Shown here one piece after another: positions 1 through 11,670 of a stretch of DNA of 64,000 nucleotides. The DNA comes from Tubiluchus corallicola (taxonomy: Eukaryota > Animalia > Priapulida). Under the pieces are notes generated by a model. That model did not search any database. It was not told the DNA's origin and was given only the letters and a program-made list of their open reading frames with translations. The translations under genes and the position numbers were made by a program. Where the stretch lies: the NCBI GenBank assembly GCA_030141605.1, contig JAQGDQ010000015.1, forward strand, positions 1,240,001 through 1,304,000, written 5' to 3'. Position 1 is the stretch's first letter. The number at the start of each line of letters is the position of its first letter.

Positions 1-652
1 CCTACCTAAGTTGTATTTAAAAACTTCAATATGATCTAATAATCATACACCATGTAAATGCTACCTACCAAATAATGAAGAATCATTCAGCGCATTGAAT
101 CATACCAGTAGTGGTTTTATAGATTTGCATCTGCATAAAATCTAAGACTATCATTGCCCAAAAACTCATAATATTAGCAAGAACAACTGCCAACCAAAAT
201 CTTAAAACCATTTTATGGTATAACAATGGAAAGTAACACAAAGTAAACAAATGTGAAAACAGTGAGTGAAAAAATCAAAACAATTTATTTCAAGAAATAT
301 TGATATAACTTTAAACCTGTTTATTCAGCAGCAGTGTCCATCTATAGCTGAAGAGCTTGTTTTGTGATACATTCACGAGGTATAAACTTTACCAAATTAT
401 CAGACACCAATAGTTGGCATTATCACAAAATTTCATAACTATATATACTACTAACTGAAGATTCTAAAAATTATGGCTACTTTGAAAAAACTTGATTTAT
501 AACAATGGTGAATTAACTGTCATGAAAAGTTGGTGTGACAAAAGTCAAAATGCAATATTAAAGATTAAAAATAAGCAGAATTGTAGATAGATAGAATTAG
601 ATTTAGAAATAGAATTAGAAATTTATAGATAGAATTAAAAACTGTAACAACC

Positions 653-1915
653 TCAAACTGTCAATGGAATTAAACTTTTTCTGAGTAGTTTAGTCAACCG
701 TTGTCTAACACTGTCATGTTGTTCCTGACTGCTACTAATCAAATTTATACATTCCTGTAAAACAGCTTTTAATGGTCGTCTGACATGGTGTGGTGCACTT
801 CTCAGCAAACCCATATAGCCATTACTGAAACGGTTCGCAAAAATATCTCTGCACAACACCTGCAAGTTACTGTTAATGCGATGATTATGGCACCTTTTTG
901 TGGTGCTATCACAGTACGACAAGCAATCAAAAAACGAACATTCAGCGTCAGAATTACACATAGACGAACATAGTGGGAATGACGAATTCTTGCAAGGCAA
1001 CACATATTCAAACTCTTTTTCTAATTTAGAATCTAGTACCACAGAATCGACATCAATAATGTACACTTCCAAGACGGAAGAGACACCAAAATTTTCTTCC
1101 TTCAAATCGCATACATGAAGTTTTTCATGGTAATCTACCCTGAAGGATTCCTCAAAGTCTAACAGTGCATGAGCAATTTTGGCACGAGTATCCCAGTCTG
1201 TAAAAATTCCTTTCAATAAAAATCTCTGTGGATGAAGATAATGCCCAGGTGGTACACTCCTCATGGCATAAAAATGGCCACATGTGCCTAATAATAAAGG
1301 AATATGTTTTCTGCCTCTTAAGGTAGCTAACAACATATATTCGTCTTGTTGCATCAACATCCAGATGCTACGCATAGCAACTTGTTTTTCACTTGGTGCC
1401 AACTGGCTGAAATTCATGGAAAAAAGTTCAGTAAGCAAGACCTCTTCTGTACTATCAAAGAAATTCAAGTGCATATTTTGCCACAGTGTATCTCTGATCA
1501 TTGCTGAAAAATCTGTAGCTGATGGATAATGCCAACTACCATTGGGAAGCATATAACCAAACAACTGGTAGTCATCAACGTAAGGCTGTTCAGATTTTAA
1601 AATTATGTCATTATTGTTCCAGCGTGCATGATACACTTGCTTGCCAGATTTATAGTTAATACACTCAAGAAAAACAATGTGGTTGTTAACACAAAGGTCA
1701 TGGCACAAGTTTCCAGTCACAAGCCGATCGTGATACTTTTCACACAATATGTTTAAATAGTACAAGGAGTCGTTATTTGAGCACTTCATCAGCCACATCA
1801 TCAGAAGCAGAACTAAGGTTATGATGCACACCACAATTAGTGGCAAACAAGCGCAACGAGAACATTTTCTATATTGCCATCTAACGCAGATGGTAAGATA
1901 GGTAATAAAATGCAT
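653..1915 (-). CDS. DIPK1: Divergent protein kinase domain protein (DIPK1/FAM69 family), type II membrane protein, single-exon CDS, 420 aa
   Basis: N-terminal TM segment (LPLIVVCIITLVLLLMMWL), Cys-rich CEKY...GNLCHDLC, QQDEYMLL, LGTCGHFYA, HVCDLKEENFGV, IIDVDSV and a C-terminal Cys cluster (CNSDAECSFFDCLSYCD...C...SNLQVLC), all typical of FAM69/PIP49 proteins. Paralog (A/B/C) cannot be assigned. Confidence 0.88.
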   Translation of the reverse strand: MHFITYLTICVRWQYRKCSRCACLPLIVVCIITLVLLLMMWLMKCSNNDSLYYLNILCEKYHDRLVTGNLCHDLCVNNHIVFLECINYKSGKQVYHARWNNNDIILKSEQPYVDDYQLFGYMLPNGSWHYPSATDFSAMIRDTLWQNMHLNFFDSTEEVLLTELFSMNFSQLAPSEKQVAMRSIWMLMQQDEYMLLATLRGRKHIPLLLGTCGHFYAMRSVPPGHYLHPQRFLLKGIFTDWDTRAKIAHALLDFEESFRVDYHEKLHVCDLKEENFGVSSVLEVYIIDVDSVVLDSKLEKEFEYVLPCKNSSFPLCSSMCNSDAECSFFDCLSYCDSTTKRCHNHRINSNLQVLCRDIFANRFSNGYMGLLRSAPHHVRRPLKAVLQECINLISSSQEQHDSVRQRLTKLLRKSLIPLTV

Positions 1916-3046
1916 AACTGCTTAACTTGATGTACTGTCAACAGATCTACAGTATTCAATGGACATTCGACACAGTACCCAGGCAAGACTAATACAGATG
2001 AAATTGAGAAATATCCAACTAGAACATAAGAAAAATATCCACTTAAAAAATTTTGTTGAACTTGAGGAAGTTAGAGGAAAAACAAAAGTGAAAACTGATT
2101 AATGAAATTCAGGAATTATAATGAATAAGAAATCACAGCAGAAGACAATATATGTCAGCATGTTCATATGACCAGACATGCTATATAAAAGTACCATTTC
2201 GGCACATTTTAAAAGGTGTTAAAATGCAATTTACATGAAAGATTTTTCTTCTAAAAAGATGGCTGACATCTTTGTGCTCTAGTTACATAATTGGCTACAT
2301 GGTTTTTAGACCACACTTCTGGCTCAGGGAACTGCAGTACAGAAATAAAATTGTGCTATTAATGTTGTTAAGTGGTTTTAAAATGCACTAAATGGGAAAT
2401 GTAATGCAATAAAATTTAATGTATACTGCTAAGTACCTCAATATTTATCAACCTGAACATCCCAACCTAGCTAGTGTAGTATAAAATGTATTTTTGGTAA
2501 GAATGGTGTTATTATTATGTATCAATCTTCTCACTAGACATTCAAGCGACAAGCCTGATTATTTGGCAACAGTGTTTATCATACTTCGAAATAAAAGTAA
2601 AAATGCAGTATTTGAATTAACCTAAATGGTTGTGTACATTAACACACAAATTGCACCTAAGTCTCCTTGAGTTAAATGTTTAACTGAGGATTTTTAACCT
2701 AGCAAAGCACAAATGCTTGCACGTATCTACTTAGTAACTGCTAGTGCGCCGAATGTGCAAATTAGACAGCTACTGCCATTAATGTATTATAATGCAATAG
2801 GACTAGAACAGTAATATGATAATAAAAGCACCTGATACCATTATACTCCATAATCTATAATGCTGCCCAGGGGTAGATTGCAGTTTAGGTTGTTCTTTTT
2901 GAAGGCACTCTCAAATCGCTTAAATCGGAAATATCACTGAAAGCAGAGCTACACTAGAAAGATGCATCCTTTATCTGCACACTGACGTAAAGAAAAGTTG
3001 AAAAATACCTCCTATTTATAAAAAAAATAATATTAAAAAAACTTAC

Positions 3047-3260
3047 TGTTAGCATTGCAAGACAGACTAAAATTGACCGATTTGATGAAATATTTTCATT
3101 TGGGAGTTAGCAGAGAGCGATATTTTTATCTACTACTGTGTGCCACAGCCTAGAAAATCTTTTCACAACGCTTCACAAAAAAGAACCAAATTGGGAACTT
3201 ACTGAAAAGGTAAAAAAAGCTTCGGGTGAATTTTCTCAGTGTGCGCCATTTTGCAGCATC
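3047..3260 (-). promoter_or_regulatory. Possible non-coding first exon/promoter of the DIPK1-like gene
   Basis: Minus-strand donor GTAAGT (plus acttac 3041-3046) and a YY1-like AAAATGGCG (plus cgccatttt ~3244-3252) in a locally CpG-richer patch. Inference only. Confidence 0.3.
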
Positions 3261-4992
3261 TGTGGGTGCTAGTAAGTGGCGTACTCTACCGGCGTTGTTT
3301 GGTAACTTTTGTTTCTCTTTCGAAACGCAGCGCAACCAACAATAATAATAATTGGTTGCGGTTTATACAATAAAATAATTAGTATTGGAACGCACGATAA
3401 TTTGAGGCTTCATACGATACAAAAAAGGTGACTGTACGAATATTTTATTACAGTTAGTTAGTTAGCTAGCTAAGCTAGTCAGTATGTCAATCAATTAGTT
3501 TTGACGAGTTTGTGGTGTGGCAGGTTGGGTTGGGCGGCTTGGAATTCTTGGTGGCATGGTGTTCTTGGTGATGGAGCGGGAGAGGGAGGGGAGGTTTGGA
3601 GTAGGAAGGAGGTAGAGCGTTGGCAGTGGGACTGATATAGGAAGGTAGTAGGGTGTGAGGATAACCACCTAAACTGCAAGTGTGCCCTGCCCAGTTTACA
3701 TAACACTACAGTACAGTATTACTATTACAAACTATTCATACAATACTCCGTCAATAGTAAATTTCTGCTAAAATTGCATGATTTTTCAAGATTATGGGAA
3801 GTGAAATGACTTCATTCGACCGTCGTGATCATAAGCATGTTTTACAATCACACACTGGTTGTAAATGTTTTACAGTCAACACGTGCAGTTTAATTAGTAA
3901 TTATCTGTGTGTTTTGTCTCACCTCGTGATTTTTAAAATATTTAAATTAAGAAATTTGTCAGAAAAACAAGAGGGCGTGTTCTGACTGTGACGTCCTTTC
4001 GGCATCAGAATTTTTGCTGTTCGACTGTAGCACAAACCCTTTTAAGTTATAGCATTGTGATAACTTACACTAGAATTATACCATAGCACTTTAAGTTTAA
4101 CTAAAGTTTAAGCAAACATACATTGTGTCCGTATAGTGTTGGAACAAACTTGTGCAATAAACTGATATATAAACTATCACACGTTTATGTTCATTTGGGA
4201 TTTAACTCACAACAGAAGTAGTCTCAATACGTATATAATGAAAATGTAAACAAAAATAGCAAAACCCCTAATGCCAAATCAGCAATAGGAACTTCCGCTA
4301 AGACATGACGACGGCTTCCGATAACTTCATGTGCGCAAAATTGGTAAAAAGTGCAGTCATTGGACTATTAAGAGAACTCGGCACGCGCCACATGTTGGGA
4401 GATCATCGCAAAGCTTTTTATTGTGAGTTATCAAGTGGACACGTCTTAACACGGCGAAGTCTCAGAGGCCATAAAATTGAGGAAGCTAAACACGTTATCA
4501 AATTTGATGTTTCTTTTAGTAAGAGTGAGTTAAGTGACATAATATACGAAAACAAATTATTAATAAAAAACTTGAGTTAGGCCAAATTCACCGAAAACAC
4601 ACAATCATCACGATGACAACGGCCTATAAAACATATAGTTTTTTTAACTGTTTTTGTAGTTTCAGTCCAACAGAACAGTATAAGCTATTTCACAGGTCTG
4701 CAGTAGTTTGGCTTCATCAATACAGTACATCATAACTGTTCCACAGAAACACAGACTTAAAAAAACATTTTAGAGCAGTGTTGAAGTGGTTATGGGATTA
4801 CTATAAATTAGAATCATGCATGCCATGTATGTATCCTATATTTATATTATATATATGTAAGAGACAGACTGCAATTCATGTGGGTTTACGGAAAGGCCAT
4901 GTAAGCCTTCTGGAAAGTTAGGCTTATTTCAGTGTTCGCAAAAAATGTCAGAAGGATGATTAATAAAAGTATTACAAGTGAATAGTTAACCA

Positions 4993-5390
4993 GGCGATAT
5001 AGTCTAGTGGTAACACGTTCGCTTTCCATCTGAGAGGTTGGGAGTTTGGCACTATGGTAATTTTAATACTAAAATAATATTAAAAATGGCACATGTTGGT
5101 GCTCTGCCTGGCACGTGGTGCTTAGGGCAAAAGTGGGGTAATAATAATCTCCGTTAGTGTAAGTTTGTGTAGTTTGTTATTTACAGTACGTGATAAAAAC
5201 CCTCATAGCTTGTGGCTTGTAACGCTGACTATGTAAAGAGAGTGGCGCATAATGGTTATGATAATTATAACGATAGCAATGACGACAACTGTTACAGCGG
5301 TAGTGCTTGATAGCAAATCTAGCTGATTGGACGGAGGGGGGGGGGCGTCCATGCTGTACGAAAGGTGTGCATGATAAAAGGCGCAAAGCC
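4993..5390 (+). mobile_element. tRNA-derived SINE-like element (degenerate)
   Basis: Head GGCGATATAGTCTAGTGGTAACACGTTCGCTTTCCATCTGAGAGGTTGGGAGTT has an A-box and a degenerate B-box but no complete cloverleaf. The 3' boundary is approximate. Confidence 0.5.
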
Positions 5391-5639
5391 TTTTTTGTTT
5401 AATTACAACTAGACTCTTCGCATCAAAGCGTTATTAAATATTGCCACTATACATAACCCGTTGGCCCAACGGGTTATCATAGTTAAGGAACCAATTCGTG
5501 TAGTATGAGCAAGTAGCACATAGATCATACTGGCAGATCATTACAGATATTACAACTTCCCGTAGTGCTGACCGATGGCAGCAGACACTGGCTTATTGAT
5601 CGTCAGTTACCTAGCTTTGCCGTTCGTTCGTTCGTTTAT

Positions 5640-6430
5640 TTGTTTCGGTGCTGCTACGTTCTAAGAACACATAGCACGTTCTACCTGGTGATGCCACCGC
5701 CCACGATGCATCATCCCTCAAAAGTAGAGTTGTTTTTGTTAAATCTTTTTGCAGTAAATCTGTATATATCAGTAGCTGATCTTCTCTCGGCTTTTTGTCA
5801 TTTCAAAAGCTATACGTAATGCTATAGGAAAAGGAGATTATTGAAGTAACCTTAGTGTATGCCCAATCTTCTTACTTTTATTTGTTTACTCCAAGGATTC
5901 TTCTTGACCACATTATACAGATCATCATTGGATATTCTGTCAGACCATTTTGCATCGTGCAGTTTCCTATAGAGATTGTTACTTAACTTTTATTGTTCAT
6001 ATCTCAGCATTGTACAGAAAACAGGTTCACTAAAGTTGAAAGGATCCGGACTTTGGTTTCATGAGAAGATCTATTGTTTTCAAAAAGAGTTGTGAGATCT
6101 GAATAAGCAGACAATGCCAGAATTTTCCTTCCTTGTATGTCGGCTTTGGTGTTTAATAAGCTACCAAGGTATTTACACCTTTTCCGCAAGTCATTACCTC
6201 CTCTTCGAACATGGTATTCTTCGGTTTTTGTATTGTTGACTGATTATATTTTCCTAAACGGCGGCTGATCGTACATTTTGCATCTTGTAGTTCCTCTTTA
6301 TTAGTTGTAATATATGCAGTACCATCTGCATATTGCATGGAGATTAAAGATGAAGGTTTTCCCAATGTAACGTAGCGCTATGTTTTACTAGTGTATCTGG
6401 TCTGAAGTTTTCTGGATTAAGATCTGTGTA
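5640..6430 (-). mobile_element. 5'-truncated non-LTR retrotransposon (RT C-terminal part), copy 1, frameshifted
   Basis: SMQYADGTAY (degenerate YADD), CKYLGSLLNTKADI; colinear with the longer copy at 41775-42960. Confidence 0.85.
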
Positions 6431-6829
6431 AAAAAGCTTTGCCGTCGTCTGCTCAAACCCTGCTCTGTGTAGCAAGGTTGCCAGATTGGCTAGTTGTTGT
6501 TGAAAACACTTAGTAAAGTTGCAAAAATTAAAATAACTGATAGGTAACTGGCTTCCCTGTTCTGTTTAGTACAAACATGGCTACCAAGCGTTTGTAAGAA
6601 GTGCTAGAGCAAAATTTTTAATGACAAAGACAGTGACTATTCAGACGTTGATATAAGAGACGAATCATATGCAGATCCGATTTACACAAAATAGGAAGAG
6701 GCTGACAATACTAAAAATGTGTGTACGAGTCGGATTTACGGAGTACGGGCAGCAAAAGATAAAGCGCGAAAGAAGCCAAAGGTTGTTTACTTATGCACGT
6801 TCCACTAAATTGGAGAATAGTAGAAAAAA

Positions 6830-7330
6830 TAGGGATGGCAATATCATAAAGAAAGCAACTTGTACAATATGGGAGTTGATTTAATGAATCAGCAGCTCGA
6901 CTCTCTTCTTGTACTGAGAAAAAGCTACAAGTGGGACAAGAAACTTTTCTTGCGCCTGGTTTTACAATGTGCTCTCAGTGCACACAAGCTGTACAAGCTG
7001 CATGGAGGTAATCTCGATTTTTTGCACTTTTTGCTTAGTGTTTGTATTGATCTACTTGCAAAGTTGCCAAAAATGAATCAGACCATGAAATGCCAGGATA
7101 ATCTTTCCGCGCCTCACAGGACGGAATCATTTCCCAGGTAAACGCCATTATAAGCAGACAAGCAAGCAAAAACAAAACAATGCAGAGTCTGCTGTGCTCG
7201 AGGACTGTGAACAGCAAAAGGAAATCCAGTTGAAACTACAGGGATTTGCAAAGCTTGTCCAACTCACCGGGGATTATGCTTATAAGCGGGGTGTTTTGAA
7301 GCATATCACACAAAGCTGGAATACTCATTA
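6830..7330 (+). mobile_element. piggyBac (PGBD4-like) transposase C-terminal remnant, frameshifted
   Basis: YNMGVDLMNQQL...RKSYKWDKKLFLRLVLQCALSAHKLYK (third catalytic Asp region), followed by Cys-rich pieces CRVC...CKACPTH...CFEAYH. No TIRs identified. Confidence 0.8.
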
Positions 7331-7497
7331 GTGTGAATGTACACTGTACAACATGTACATCACGTGATAAATAAAAATACAAATAACGTAACGTAACATA
7401 AAATAAAATTGTATTGTTTTCCAAATGTGCTATTATAGGTCACTTATTGCTATTCGGTCATATAAATGCATTCATGAGAGCCTGAAAAAGTTTGTAC

Positions 7498-7562
7498 CTC
7501 CACTGGACTTGAACCCAAGGCCTTCTGTATTCCCAGCCTCTATGCTGGTCATTACACCACAG
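7498..7562 (-). mobile_element. tRNA-like SINE head
   Basis: Reverse complement GTGGTGTAATGACCAGCATAGAGGCTGGGAATACAGAAGGCCTTGGGTTCAAGTCCAG: A-box-like start and B-box GGTTCAAGTCC. Confidence 0.5.
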
Positions 7563-8531
7563 AAGTGTTATGATTCTTCAGACTCAGAAATATGCACTGT
7601 AAGCTACTAGAGGTCGATCAAAGTGGAATTGCAGTTTACAGCTCAGAGTCTCAAATGTGCACGGGTACTTGTGGCAGCACTGCCAGCTTGTTTGACTTCT
7701 GTAATCAACAGCTTTTGTAATGAGCTAATGAGTCAACAAAAGTGGATTACTGCATTTTTGCCAATTTTTAATTTTATCATTATTGACTTTGGTCAAATTC
7801 TGACAGTTGTGTAATGGTCAGATTCTGTCACTCTAAAGACGTTGGATTTTAGTCAGATTGTGGCCGTTGTGCAACAGTCAGATGTTCTGATAAAATAACT
7901 ATGTTCTTTCCAAGTTCCGCCTACAGTTAACTTTTGCTAATTTTTACACATATTTTTGATATGTTTGCCTTTGCTTACATTGGCTATAGGTGCCCCACAA
8001 AAAGGGATATTAGTTGTTTTCAAGGACATTTAAGATGTGCCAGCTATTGTAGGTTGTTTACCATGGATTATTCTGTGTGTAATGGAAGGAGAATAAGGCA
8101 GTGATGTGAACTGGACCAAAAAATGTATGTTCAGGCCCACACAGATTTGACATTTTCACTAAAATCATTAGTATTATTGCATCAGTCACCCGTGGTTAAA
8201 GCAATGGGTCTCTTCTGCATAGATAGCAGTTTAGTCGATAACCTGACCACTAAAAGTAACATATTTACAATATTCCTAAAATATGAATTAAATATTAAAG
8301 TTAATATACTACTGATATGGCATAGGAGAAATATAAATAATCGGCAAAGTTACAGGCTGTGTCATGCTATGCGAATACCTAACCTGGCATGTAAATTATT
8401 TAGAAATGTATTATTGCTCAGTATTAATCAAATTTAGCGGAATGTCTACAGTCAGACTATTAACATGTACACATAAAACTGGGGACTGATTAAACTGATT
8501 AATGTCAGTAATTTTATTTACACTATGTTTA

Positions 8532-8532
<1 letters not shown>

Positions 8533-8606
<74 letters not shown>

Positions 8607-8614
8607 TGTCTTCC

Positions 8615-8655
<41 letters not shown>
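8533..8655. repeat. (CT)n microsatellite
   Basis: Direct reading. Confidence 0.97.
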
Positions 8656-8657
<2 letters not shown>

Positions 8658-9579
8658 TAGAAACTGTTTAAACATCTATGTGAAACATGCAGATAAACAC
8701 GATATTAAAATTAATGATGATATGACTGAAATTAATTACTACTAAATCGAGCAATATGTCTGGTTTTCAGTTTGGCACATTATTCCTAAGCAGTAAGACT
8801 ATACAAACTCTTGATAAGCAAAAGTACTTAGGGGCACATTATATCATGTGATAATAAAAATGACGAATACGTTTTCCGGCAGCGATCCGTATTTTATTGT
8901 AGAGCTAACCAGTTAATACGCAAATTTAGTTACTGTTCCGTTCATGTAAAGAAATTTTTATTCAATTCTTGCTGTACGAACTTTTACTGCATGGCTACCT
9001 GGCGCAATTACTATAATTATAATTTATATGCTTTAAAAATTGCTTATAATACAGCATTGGACAAAAGTTTTTTAATCAGCCATTTGATGCTAGTGCTAGA
9101 ACGCTGTGTGTAAACTATGGATTAATTTATTTTGATATTATACAATGAAAATGTGTCTATAGTCTACAGAAAAGGATAAGTAGTAATGAAAACCAATTAT
9201 GTAAGTGCATACTAAACTGTGATATAGCGTTTACATCTCCTATTAAAAGAAATTGGCGTGCAATTTTATACTGTAAGTAACTCGATTTTTGATGTATGTA
9301 ATTTGTTCCATTAACTCATAGGGTCACCTATCATTGTGTCACTTTTTTTCACTGTAATTATCTCATTTATTCGTCGTTATTAATTTTTTGTCATTTTCTT
9401 AATTTTCTGTATTTCATTTTTTTAGTAATTTGAGTGTAAATGTGCCATGTTGTATCTTGTAAAATGAACTGTGGTTTGCAATAAAAATATCGTATCGCAT
9501 CGTAACACATTACATCACATGGTATCCTATTTTTCTAATGGGAATCTGGCGGAGAAACTGCACCAGGCTCTTGCCGAAG

Positions 9580-10195
9580 ATACGCAATCGGCGCACTAAC
9601 GTTGCATAAATCTACAGGCACGGATAGTATCAGGCTGAGCATTTTAAATATTCTTCCTTACTGATACCGGTTCTTTTATCCTTGTTATTTAGCTCGTGTT
9701 TAATTCAAGGTGATCTTCTTGAATCCCTCATGATGTATATGTTAATTTCTCTAGTTAAAGTAATAACAAAGATAAATAGGAATGCAAACAACTATAGACC
9801 AATTGCATTAGCTTCTTCTGCCAGCAATTTCTTGCAAATTTTATTACTTAATATACAAACAGCACATTCCAACATCTCCCATCAGTTTGGTTGCGTAAAA
9901 AAAAACTTGGCACATGACGTACCCGAAACTTCCACAAGGACATTAAAGGAGATCATTGATCACTACATTAGTTGTGATAGGTCTGTTCACATTTACATTT
10001 GCGTCAGAGGCATTTGATAAGGTTAATTTCTTCAAACTTTTCCTGAAACTCTAAAAGACTTCAATACCGAATATTGTAATCTGTTTGCTCATATTCTATT
10101 ACACTCCACAAGGCATATGTATTAGGTCCATAACTTTCAAAATTAGAAATGGGGTACTTCAAGATAGCAAGATGTCACCTTTTCTTTTTAATTTT

Positions 10196-10200
<5 letters not shown>
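9580..10200 (+). mobile_element. Degenerate LINE reverse transcriptase fragment (second family)
   Basis: STGTDSIQAEHFK, NYRPIALASS, HQFG, RAFDKV and NGVLQDSKMSPFLFNFY (GVxQGxxLSPxLF motif) spread across frameshifts; the fragment ends in a (CT)n tract. Confidence 0.8.
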
Positions 10201-10261
<61 letters not shown>

Positions 10262-10320
10262 TCTCTCTCTCTCTGTCTCTCTCTCTCTCTGTCTCTTTGT
10301 CTCTCTGCTCTCTTTTTCTC
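10201..10320. repeat. (CT)n microsatellite
   Basis: Direct reading. Confidence 0.97.
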
Positions 10321-11670
10321 TCCTTTCCTCACTTCGCCGCCTCACATAATTATCGATAATTAGTTATTTTTAATTTGTATGTAGATTTTACGTAATTATG
10401 TATGAAAGTTAATAATTACTAACAAATCACGGATGATAATTTTTGCCAAAAATAGACATAATTAACAAACACTCCTAAAACAAAAAAATATGACGTTTCA
10501 GTCCACCAGGAGAAAAAGTCTTTAGGAGAAAAAGAAAAACAGCACTAACGATCTCTGAAAACACATTCACAACCAGCTGTGCTAATGGGATGTAGCTGCT
10601 GTGCGTTTTGTTTTGAATTTGATTGTTTTATTATTGTGTAAATACAAAGATGAAATATGACGGAATAGTCGGCAATGGTGCTTGATTTCTTGTGTTTTTC
10701 TGGGATTGGTTTCTTGTGTGTTTTTGGCTACGTGATTAGGCTTGCAATTAATGTGGAAACATTTTTTGTCTACGTAACTTCAACCAAATGTAACAGGTAA
10801 AGCACAAAAATATTGGATAAGTGATTTGCCACTGATGTTTTAAGTAAATAAATGCGCCAAAATGACGACTGTTATCTTAATTTTATTCTTGCTGCCATTG
10901 TGTAAAAAATTAAATTACAGTAAGGTTATCAAACTATATGTAATACTACCCATTGAAGCAGGTATTCAATACTCATGGAAACAGCAGGTGTTAGTTCTCA
11001 TGTCTAGAATTATCACACACCAACTTCACGATGTGCTGATAGTAAATCTACATAGGCCACACAAACACGGGTAGGCCCACCCAACTGATTTATTTAGATT
11101 CACATATGATATTATATAGCTGCCAGCTATATTTTCAAGTATTTTAAGAAACGAAATAAGTGCTTCTGAAAGGAAGATATAATATGTATGTAATATAGTT
11201 GTAACTAATCAGTAATCCGTACATCAAATGTAATCATGGCGACGTATGTAATTATATGGGACGTATACGTAATCTTTATTTGCTTTAAGTTGCAAATTAT
11301 CATAACACACAAGTGAGTCATTTTATGATCAATTAGAAGGGTTTCTTGTCTATAGACATGGCCATATTGTAATCGTATTGCCGCTTTTCACTCTCTGATC
11401 GTAGCCGCAAAATTTGTACCTAAAAATAACATAAAACACTCATTTAGTGTTTTCAACAACTATAAACTTTTACACAAAAGTGATTGTGCACCAGCAACAC
11501 CACGTTGAAGAAAGCCTGTTGTAGCTGCAATAATCAAACAGGCATATGAACAGACAACCACAAAATAGAGATTTCATAAGTTAGACGGTTAGACGTTCGT
11601 TGCGGTTACTTTCTAAGAGAAACAAAACAAGTAATGCATAATTCTGTTACATGTACGTAGTTGCATTAAC

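Noticed and set aside
4993-5050. Functional tRNA gene
   Set aside because: The B-box is degenerate and no T-arm or acceptor stem closes; a SINE head fits better. The same applies to 7498-7562.
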